From: Saprospiraceae bacterium
GTDB lineage: Bacteria > Bacteroidota > Bacteroidia > Chitinophagales > Saprospiraceae
Direction of reading: 5' to 3'
Assembly: GCA_965223405.1 (NCBI GenBank)
Contig: CBDCWO010000006.1
Coordinates: forward strand, 2,904,364-2,968,363
DNA length: 64,000 nt
Part shown: piece by piece, positions 56,679-64,000 of the stretch
Layout: each line of letters starts with the position of its first letter
How positions within the stretch are numbered: the first letter of the stretch is position 1
Translations under genes and position numbers: made by a program
Notes under the pieces: model-generated
What the model was told of the DNA's origin: nothing
Databases searched by the model: none
The model's input: only the letters and a program-made list of their open reading frames with translations

Positions 56679-57187
56679 ATGAATATCAAACGCCATTTTT
56701 TAATCATGACTTTCATTTCAGTGTTTGTGGCTTGTAATAAGGATGATCCACTTATGAAAGCCGTGGAAAATCTACAAATAAATTGTCCTTTCGTTGAAAA
56801 TAAGAATGGTGATGGAATAATTAGTAAACACGAATGATTAATAATGGATGAATGTATGAAAAATGCACTCTTCGAAAAGGATATTGCCAGGAAGAATCTT
56901 ATTGGGAACTGGGAACTAATTGGACATGGTGAAGGGTGGATTCCAGCAGCATCTCAGCCTTGTAGCTTTATCAATATTAGTGAGTCCGAATTAGTGCTTA
57001 CTTTTCAAAAATTGATACGATAACCATACATACCTGGGCGATCATTGAGAAATCTGGGAAAGTAGGATTATCAATTTCGCCACGCTTGATTGAAAAAATC
57101 TTCTTTAGTACAATATGTGAAAATTTCATGTTTGGGGATGCCACTTCTGTTGAAGGAAACATGTATCTGTATAGGAAAGTAGAATAA
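56679..57187 (+). pseudogene. Disrupted small lipoprotein gene abutting IS copy B
   Basis: MNIKRHFLIMTFISVFVAC (lipobox) reads 52 codons to a TGA at 56835. Protein-like sequence then continues in other frames (NLIGNWELIGHGEGWIPAASQPCSFINISESELVLTFQ; HTWAIIEKSGKVGLSISPRLIEKIFFSTICENFMFGDATSVEGNMYLYRKVE). Confidence 0.55.
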
Positions 57188-57258
57188 ATTTACTCTCGAA
57201 TACTTACATGTCGAAATCAGTAAGTCGTTTCAATTGATAATCTCCTTTTTTTCACATT

Positions 57259-57440
57259 GAAGTGATTTAAAAACAAAAAGTTAATTTGCTTGCAAGCCAT
57301 TGATCCCTAATACTTCAGCTTTTTCTCATCCCATGATTATAGCTATGAAACCTGCCTGCAGCAGCCAGGCTCAAAAATAGTATTGTCTTAGGAATCAATC
57401 ACTTACAATCAATTTTTAACATATGTTTTTAAATCACTTC
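57259..57440. mobile_element. MITE-like element family B, copy 2 (182 bp)
   Basis: TIRs gaagtgatttaaaaaca / tgtttttaaatcacttc. It is colinear with 2379-2540 apart from substitutions and an internal insert of about 20 bp (cctgcctgcagcagccaggctc). Confidence 0.6.
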
Positions 57441-57625
57441 ATTAAAAGTATCAGAAAAACCAAGTTCCCTTGATTAATACTTCTTTCCAAGTAGGATTTT
57501 CTTCGAGATAAATTAGCAATGCTTTCATTTTTATTTTAATGACTTCTTTATTGCCTTGATATCCAGGTTATCTTTGATCATTTATAAATTATTATTTTCA
57601 AAGTTACTAACAAACAAATCAAGCA

Positions 57626-58717
57626 ATGATCCAGGATGACGCGATTAGAGAAGTAAAAATATTTAATGTAACCACTGATCTAAAAAAACCTATTTCTGAC
57701 GCTACTCATACGCTAACAGAAATTTCTTTCATCGTACTGAGAATGCGCTTGAAAAATGGGGTAATCGGGTATTCTTATCTATTATCATTTCAATATTCGC
57801 CCCGTGCGATAGTAGGCGCATTAAAGGACATGGTTCCTGTGGTGATAGGTCATCGGGTTTACGAAACAGGTGCAGTTTTTCAAAAGTTAAATGCATTATC
57901 CGAATATTTTGGTAATCAGGGATTATTGAGATGGGCGCAGAGTGCAATAAATCTGGCCATGTGGGATGCTTGGGGCAAAACTTTAGGACAGCCCATCTTT
58001 AAAATATTAGGAACGTATCAAGAAAAAGTGCCACTTTATGGAAGTGGCGGGTGGATTTCTTACTCAATTGAGGAACTCATTGAAGAAGTTTGTGGCTATG
58101 TGGAGAGAGGGTTTAAAGCGGTAAAAATAAAAGTGGGATCGCCAAATGTCAAAACAGACATCGAACGATTAAAACGAGTCCGAGAAGTAGTTGGTGATAA
58201 AATAGCCATCATGATGGATGCTAATCAGGGCTTCGATTTACCTACAGCTTTGAGATTATCCCACGCCGCAAAAGATTTAGATATAAATTGGTTTGAAGAA
58301 CCGGTATATCATCAAAATTTTCAAGCCTATCAAATTCTTAAGAGCCATGCGGGTATTTCCTTGGCTATGGGTGAAAGAGAATACGATACCTTGCCGCTCA
58401 GAGAACTTGCAACCAGGAGTGCGTTAGACATATGGCAGCCGGATATCTTGAGGATTGGTGGAGTTGAAGCTTGGAGAGAGAGCGCGGCTTTGGCAAAAAG
58501 TTTCAATTTATCGGTTTTGCCCCACTTTTATAAAGAGTACGATGTACCTCTTTTATGTACTATTTCGAATGGAAAAGGCGCAGAATCATTCGACTGGTTG
58601 GATCCTTTGATCGATAATCCCATGATCGTAGAAGACGGATGCGTAAAACCACATGATTTACCGGGATGGGGATTTAGCTTTCTCGATGATAGAATGACAG
58701 AGATCAAATTGTTTTAG
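57626..58717 (+). CDS. Enolase-superfamily enzyme (mandelate racemase/muconate lactonizing family, probable sugar-acid dehydratase)
   Basis: 363 aa with KAVKIKVG, IMMDANQGF, NWFEEP, MGEREY and WQPDI metal- and base-residue blocks. Confidence 0.85.
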   Translation: MIQDDAIREVKIFNVTTDLKKPISDATHTLTEISFIVLRMRLKNGVIGYSYLLSFQYSPRAIVGALKDMVPVVIGHRVYETGAVFQKLNALSEYFGNQGLLRWAQSAINLAMWDAWGKTLGQPIFKILGTYQEKVPLYGSGGWISYSIEELIEEVCGYVERGFKAVKIKVGSPNVKTDIERLKRVREVVGDKIAIMMDANQGFDLPTALRLSHAAKDLDINWFEEPVYHQNFQAYQILKSHAGISLAMGEREYDTLPLRELATRSALDIWQPDILRIGGVEAWRESAALAKSFNLSVLPHFYKEYDVPLLCTISNGKGAESFDWLDPLIDNPMIVEDGCVKPHDLPGWGFSFLDDRMTEIKLF

Positions 58718-58857
58718 TGTTTATTTTCCTTCAAAATTTAAACTACACTCTGGATTATTATTGGATAAAATAAGAACATTTTAGTAATTTAGGATTTTCA
58801 CAAGCTCTGCTTAAGGTATCTATTTTGAATGGGCGAATTTAGCCTTTATACTCTGAT

Positions 58858-60201
58858 ATGAAATCAAAATCAAGTTCTTCGCGTGAATTGGACCGACGGT
58901 CATTTATCAAAACGGCTACGGTTATTACCGGTGCTATGACAGTCGACCCATTGGTAGGAATGGATAGGACGTATAATTCCAATAAATCAGTACTCAAACT
59001 GGCCTTGATTGGATGTGGTGGTCGTGGTACTGGGGCTGCTGCCCAGATACTGAATACCCCATATAATATTAAGTTGGTGGCTATGGCTGACGCATTTAAG
59101 GATCAATTGGAATCATCATACCATAATCTTTTTAAGAAATTCGGGGCCAAGAAGGTGGACGTTGCAGAAGACCAAAAATTCACTGGTTTTGATGCCTATG
59201 AAAGTGCAATCAAACTAGCTGATGTAGTAATATTAGCCACTCCTCCTGGCTTTCGACCCCTTCATTTTGAATCAGCTGTAGAAGAAGGGAAACATGTCTT
59301 TTTGGAAAAACCGGTAGCTACCGATGTGCCGGGAATAAGGAAAATCATCAAAACCGGTAAGTTGGCTAGTCAAAAGAATCTGAAGGTGATGGTGGGCCAT
59401 CAGCTGCGTTACCAAAAGAGTACGATCAATTCAATGCAAAAAATGAAAACGGGCATAATTGGTGATCTACTGGCGATGCGGAGTTATTTTAATTCTGGCG
59501 GGGTTTGGGTAAGACCGAGAAAGCCGAAATGGACGGAGATGGAATATCAAGTTAGAAACTGGTATTACTTTAATTGGTTAAGTGGAGATCATATTGTTGA
59601 ACAACATGTGCACAATCTGGATTTTATGAACTGGGTAAAAGGAGCCCATCCCGTCAAAGCTCAGGGAATGGGTGGCCGACAAGTACGGAATGGTCCTGAA
59701 CATGGGCAAATCTTTGATCACCATTTTGTTGAATTTACATATCCCGATGGTTCGATTCTATCAAGCCAATGTCGTCATATTAAAGGGTGTTGGAACTCTT
59801 GGGCTGATGCGATTATCGGTAGTAAAGGAAGCTTTTATAGCGAACCTAGCCGGCAGTATGTCGAATTTAAGAATCGGAAGGACAAACTTATTTATCAATA
59901 TGATGGGCAAGAAGATACACCGCCTCATCAATTGGAACAAAATGCATTTATTGAGAGCATTGTGACTGATACTCCACTTAATGAAGCCCATCAGGGTGCC
60001 ATTAGTTCGCTAACGGCAATTATGGGTAGGATGGCTACCTATTCCGGGAAGGAAATTACCTGGGAAGAAGCCTTGCAATCAAACATGAACCTATTGCCTG
60101 ATCATTTTAGTTGGGATGCCGATCCTCCGGTGTTACCCGATAAGAAAGGTATGTACCCGATTCCAATACCTGGTCGATCAGGTGTAATTTACAAAAGTTG
60201 A
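58858..60201 (+). CDS. Gfo/Idh/MocA-family oxidoreductase with twin-arginine signal
   Basis: 447 aa with the Tat motif DRRSFIKTATVITGAM, the Rossmann start LALIGCGGRGTGAA, and EKPVA. Confidence 0.85.
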   Translation: MKSKSSSSRELDRRSFIKTATVITGAMTVDPLVGMDRTYNSNKSVLKLALIGCGGRGTGAAAQILNTPYNIKLVAMADAFKDQLESSYHNLFKKFGAKKVDVAEDQKFTGFDAYESAIKLADVVILATPPGFRPLHFESAVEEGKHVFLEKPVATDVPGIRKIIKTGKLASQKNLKVMVGHQLRYQKSTINSMQKMKTGIIGDLLAMRSYFNSGGVWVRPRKPKWTEMEYQVRNWYYFNWLSGDHIVEQHVHNLDFMNWVKGAHPVKAQGMGGRQVRNGPEHGQIFDHHFVEFTYPDGSILSSQCRHIKGCWNSWADAIIGSKGSFYSEPSRQYVEFKNRKDKLIYQYDGQEDTPPHQLEQNAFIESIVTDTPLNEAHQGAISSLTAIMGRMATYSGKEITWEEALQSNMNLLPDHFSWDADPPVLPDKKGMYPIPIPGRSGVIYKS

Positions 60202-60296
60202 GCACACAGAAGAACTTCAGTGAATTACATGAAAGGAATAACCCAAGCGCATAAATAAATGGTGACCTGGACTTACGATACTCCAAATATGCCTAA

Positions 60297-61784
60297 TTGG
60301 ATTTGCTAAATGTGATTAGAAAACTGAATACAAATGGACCAATTGAAAAAAAATCATTGCTGGTTGTCATCACATTTTTATATGGCTGTACCATATCAAC
60401 TCAGCAAAATCCAAATAATCAAGAAGAGTCTTTAGCCATTCCGTCCGATATTCAGTATAAATGGCATGAGCAAGAACGCATAATGTTTGTGTGTCTGGAC
60501 CCATGCACTTGGCAGGGAAGGGAATTCGACAACCATTCAATTCCTTTAGAAAGAATTAATCCCCAAAAACTAGATACTGATCAATGGTGTGAAGTGGCAC
60601 AATCATGGGGAGCAAAGGAAATTCTATTTGTTGCCAAGCACACCGGTGGATTTTGTTGGTGGCAAACAGAAACCACCGATTACGGGATTAAAAATACCCC
60701 CTATAAACAGGGGAAGGGAGATGTGTTGAAAGAACTTTCGGAATCCTGTTCAAAGTATGGTTTAAACCTGGGTATCTATGTGTATCCCGGAGATGAAACC
60801 TGGGGTGCTGGAATTGGAAGTGGAGGTCAAACCAAAGATCCAACCAAGCAAGAAGCATACAACAAAATATTCAGGAAACAACTCGAGGAAACACTAGCGA
60901 ATTACGGCAAAGTGATTGAAGTTTGGTTTGATGGAAGTTGCGTAATCGATGTATCGGATATTTTAGAAAAGTATGCGAAAAATTCAGTTATTTTCCAGGG
61001 CCCACATGCTACCTTACGCTGGCCTGGAACAGAATCCGGAAAGCTGTTTTATCCGGCATGGAATACTGTAAAGAGGGAAGATTTGAAGACAGGACTTGCC
61101 ACTCAGATTCACGGCGATCCCAGTGGAGATGTTTGGGCTCCTTTGGAAACTAACACAACCCTTTACGATCATTTTTGGTTTTGGTCACCGGAGAAAGAGA
61201 ATAAAAGAAAATCCTTGGATGAATTAATGGACTGTTACTATAAGTCAATAGGCTTTGGAAGTGTGTTTTTGCTAAATTCCACACCAGATACCACTGGTTT
61301 GATACCTGATAAAGATGTCAAACTGTACCAGGCATTTGCCAAAGAAATTGATCGAAGATTTAAGAGTCCTTTATTTAAATTATCTAATGTAAAAGGAGGA
61401 GAAATCGAACTTTCACTTCCGGAAAGTTGCAAGGTAAACCATATAGTTACTATGGAGGATTATCGCAAAGGGCATAGAATCAGAAAGTACGACATCGAGG
61501 GAATGGTAGAAGGTGAATGGAAAAAACTTTGTTCGGGACAATCTATCGGGCGAAAAAAAATTGACTATTTTCCGGAGGTAACGGTTTCAAAGCTTCGAAT
61601 AAAAGTGACCCAATCGGTAAATGTGCCCTTATTTAAGAGGATTGCCACCTATTATGTTGATCATTTTAAACCACCGGTGCGGTATCCGGTTCGAGCTCAT
61701 TCGCAATGGGTTAATGTTGGAGAGTGGAGTCCTGAGGCATTTAGTCGGGGTCAGGTGAAGATGCAAATTAACCTTTCTAAATAA
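60297..61784 (+). CDS. Alpha-L-fucosidase (GH29-like) lipoprotein with C-terminal discoidin-like domain
   Basis: 495 aa with a TTG start and lipobox FLYGC. The GH29 pattern is WGAKEILFVAKHTGGFCWWQT...GLNLGIYVYPGD...YGKVIEVWFDG. Confidence 0.8.
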   Translation: MDLLNVIRKLNTNGPIEKKSLLVVITFLYGCTISTQQNPNNQEESLAIPSDIQYKWHEQERIMFVCLDPCTWQGREFDNHSIPLERINPQKLDTDQWCEVAQSWGAKEILFVAKHTGGFCWWQTETTDYGIKNTPYKQGKGDVLKELSESCSKYGLNLGIYVYPGDETWGAGIGSGGQTKDPTKQEAYNKIFRKQLEETLANYGKVIEVWFDGSCVIDVSDILEKYAKNSVIFQGPHATLRWPGTESGKLFYPAWNTVKREDLKTGLATQIHGDPSGDVWAPLETNTTLYDHFWFWSPEKENKRKSLDELMDCYYKSIGFGSVFLLNSTPDTTGLIPDKDVKLYQAFAKEIDRRFKSPLFKLSNVKGGEIELSLPESCKVNHIVTMEDYRKGHRIRKYDIEGMVEGEWKKLCSGQSIGRKKIDYFPEVTVSKLRIKVTQSVNVPLFKRIATYYVDHFKPPVRYPVRAHSQWVNVGEWSPEAFSRGQVKMQINLSK

Positions 61785-61809
61785 ATACATTAATCTTCCC
61801 GGTCAATAT

Positions 61810-62034
61810 GTGGTAACAATATCAGGCAATTGTGAATTGACAATATCCGGTGCAGAGATTTATTATGAAGGGAGTAAAGCGCTGGAGGAGTTTGTACAAA
61901 TTTCAGAAAATGAATTACGAATTAACAGAACGGCAATGGTTACAGAAGAGAGTAGTTCTGTTCTTCATGTTATGATTGAATCTAATAATCCGTGTCATGG
62001 AATTGCCAATTTCAAACCATCCATGATCTATTAG
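61810..62034 (+). CDS. Short ORF, possibly a detached C-terminal extension of the fucosidase
   Basis: Its frame is open from about 61756 and overlaps the fucosidase stop. It reads NKYINLPGQYVVTISGNCELTISGAEIYYEG, which continues naturally from ...KMQINLSK after a 1-nt frame change. Confidence 0.3.
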   Translation: MVTISGNCELTISGAEIYYEGSKALEEFVQISENELRINRTAMVTEESSSVLHVMIESNNPCHGIANFKPSMIY

Positions 62035-62064
62035 TTAGAGCTAATTCGAACCTATTCCATTCTT

Positions 62065-62769
62065 TCATTTGAGAATTTCTAAAATGGCCCGGTTTTCCAG
62101 AATTTCCTCCGTGGCTCCACTTAGTCCTATCTGAAACATTGCCGTTGCCAATTCAGTAGATTTGATGCTGGCATTTTTTCCCATCAATTTGATTACAGGA
62201 TAGAGCATGCGACTGATGCGATACATCAAATTGGGTTCCTTTCGTGGTGTGACCGGATAGATGTATCCCGGTCTAAAGCTGTAAAATTGTAGACCCAAAC
62301 CAGAAATTTGATTTTCAGCCATCCCCTTATAACGGGCAAATGACATTTTGCTTTTTTCCGTTCGGTCGGCTCCCGCTCCACTTAAAAAACACAGATGGGT
62401 GTTTGGGCTATACTTCTTCAATGCTTTGGCAAAGGCAATGGCATAGTCAACAGTGATTTGTTTGAATTTATCATCTGGAACCTGCCCGGTATATGCTCCA
62501 ATACAGAAAAAGGCCAGGTCCATATGTAGAAATGCATCTGATTGAGCAGAATAGTCCATAAAATTGTTGACCACAATCTCCTGTAGTTTTGGATGTTTGT
62601 GATCTGTGCTTTTTCGGACCAATGAGGTTACCTGGCTTATTTCAGGAGCAGAAAGACAATGGCCTAAGATTAAGTGACCAACCATACCTGAAGCACCCGC
62701 GATTATGGCATTTTTCATAGATTCCATTAAAAGATTAATAGATGAAGATGCTTCAAAAGAGATCACCAT
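62065..62769 (-). CDS. NAD(P)H-binding (atypical SDR/epimerase-like) protein
   Basis: The likely start is MKNAIIAGASGMVGHLIL (Rossmann GxxGxxG). The ORF is 234 aa. Confidence 0.7.
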   Translation of the reverse strand: MVISFEASSSINLLMESMKNAIIAGASGMVGHLILGHCLSAPEISQVTSLVRKSTDHKHPKLQEIVVNNFMDYSAQSDAFLHMDLAFFCIGAYTGQVPDDKFKQITVDYAIAFAKALKKYSPNTHLCFLSGAGADRTEKSKMSFARYKGMAENQISGLGLQFYSFRPGYIYPVTPRKEPNLMYRISRMLYPVIKLMGKNASIKSTELATAMFQIGLSGATEEILENRAILEILK

Positions 62770-62847
62770 TCATCCTCAAACGCAAATTTATTTTTTCAAA
62801 TAACCCATTAGTACCTTTAAGGTAATAGCGTATTCAGCAAAGATACG

Positions 62848-63645
62848 TCACTCAAAAGTTATTGATAACAATTGAAATTTACTATAGAATCCGCAATTTT
62901 GAATGGCTTTGAGTGAACCAACATTGTTTTTCTCACAGGAACATATGGGAACTTTATTCGAATCGATTGCTATATTTTTGGCCCGATGCAACAAATAAGT
63001 TCCGACTCCTTGCCTTCGATAATCTGGAGACACGACCATCCCAATATCTGCATATTCCGGGGCAGTTTTACTCTTTCTCACTTCACATGTTCCAATAATT
63101 ACACCTTTTTTTTCTAAAAAATATATTTCTTCATGATTGATTAAGGTGCTAATATATTCTCTGAGCCATTCTTGTGATGCTCCAATGCTATAACGACAAA
63201 ATTCAACAATCCTTTCCAATTCCTTGGTTTTGCACATTTTGAACGTTCCGGTTTTGGAATTAACATTTATTTCGTAGTTACCTCGAAACAAATAGGTATG
63301 GATATCTATATTAGAAGCAAAGTATAGTGCAAAGGATAGATAAATTGGATTGTTTGAACCTACAATCCCATTTTTTATATTGAACTCCTTGATAAATTGA
63401 TTAAATATTCCCATTCCATTTCTCATATATTCTGGAATCAAAAAAAATTGCAATAGTTGTTCTTCTCCAATACAAGCATACCCAATCACTTCCTTACGGT
63501 TATATATTTTAAATTTATTGGCATTATCCCTAAAGGATTCCCACATGCCGTCCTGAGGGCTGGTCAGACTTTCGAGCCATTTCTTGTGAAGACCTTTCAG
63601 TTCATGAGTGCTCGATATTGGACTAAAGGCAAAATTCTGTTGCAT
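62848..63645 (-). CDS. GNAT-family N-acetyltransferase
   Basis: 265 aa. The C-terminal GNAT core has the acetyl-CoA motif RRQGVGTYLL and NVGSLKAIQNCGF. Confidence 0.7.
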   Translation of the reverse strand: MQQNFAFSPISSTHELKGLHKKWLESLTSPQDGMWESFRDNANKFKIYNRKEVIGYACIGEEQLLQFFLIPEYMRNGMGIFNQFIKEFNIKNGIVGSNNPIYLSFALYFASNIDIHTYLFRGNYEINVNSKTGTFKMCKTKELERIVEFCRYSIGASQEWLREYISTLINHEEIYFLEKKGVIIGTCEVRKSKTAPEYADIGMVVSPDYRRQGVGTYLLHRAKNIAIDSNKVPICSCEKNNVGSLKAIQNCGFYSKFQLLSITFE

Positions 63646-64000
63646 GCGCTACCAATTTTCAATTTCTGAAATAATTAATTGGAATGTTCCACTTTAGCAA
63701 TTCTGTAAATCGGCCCCATTCAAACAATTCTTTTTCCAATTTTATAACAAGGCCACTTTATGCATATGCCAAATCTCCATTTGGGTATTTGGTTTTCTTT
63801 TATAGATTTCTTCGGCTTTAATATAATTTTGTTCGTCTTTTTCAAATAAACCTTGTTCAGTTTGCAAACCCGCTCTATGTCGGATCGAATGTGCAATCTT
63901 ATCCGAGTTTTTAGCTTTGGTGTCATACACTATGGACTCATAGTTGAAGTCTAGGGAATTTAGAATGTAATCATTGTCATGTTCTTATGGTATACGAATA

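Noticed and set aside
63720-63930. Two overlapping small minus-strand ORFs at the right edge
   Set aside because: They are short, overlap each other in different frames, and have no motif. They cannot be distinguished from noise with the window ending at 64000.

Overview
This is a 64-kb chromosomal segment that looks Bacteroidota-like. Evidence: a T9SS C-terminal sorting domain, TAnnTTTG-type promoter boxes, an sdhCAB operon with a b558-type cytochrome subunit, and many lipoprotein signal peptides. Most of the window is ordinary. It holds a heparinase II/III, carbohydrate esterase and sulfatase trio, RNase R, sdhCAB, a fucosidase/oxidoreductase/enolase-superfamily cluster, and small redox and regulator genes. 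The accessory content is three IS982-family elements (two of them identical 956-bp copies 25.8 kb apart), two MITE-like families, a decayed tRNA array, and several gene relics. The standout is a tightly packed seven-gene minus-strand efflux locus (37720-53361). It runs: ABC ATPase, ABC-2 permease fused to a motif-less M1-peptidase-like ectodomain, TolC-like outer membrane factor, periplasmic adaptor, a 1039-aa RND pump, a 319-bp hexamer-repeat spacer, then one 1563-codon ORF. That ORF joins a complete RND pump to six extra transmembrane helices and a complete ABC nucleotide-binding domain. It is translationally coupled to a small ABC-2 permease. I know of no characterised covalent RND-ABC fusion, so this is the best candidate for a new system. 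Other items worth a second look are an astacin-ricin-lectin protein with no signal peptide sitting between gene relics, an IPTL-CTERM-like anchor in this lineage, tRNA fragments that include apparently permuted tRNA-Leu halves, and candidate operators for a MarR-type and a membrane-anchored winged-helix regulator. All calls come from reading the sequence and ORF translations by eye. No database search was run.
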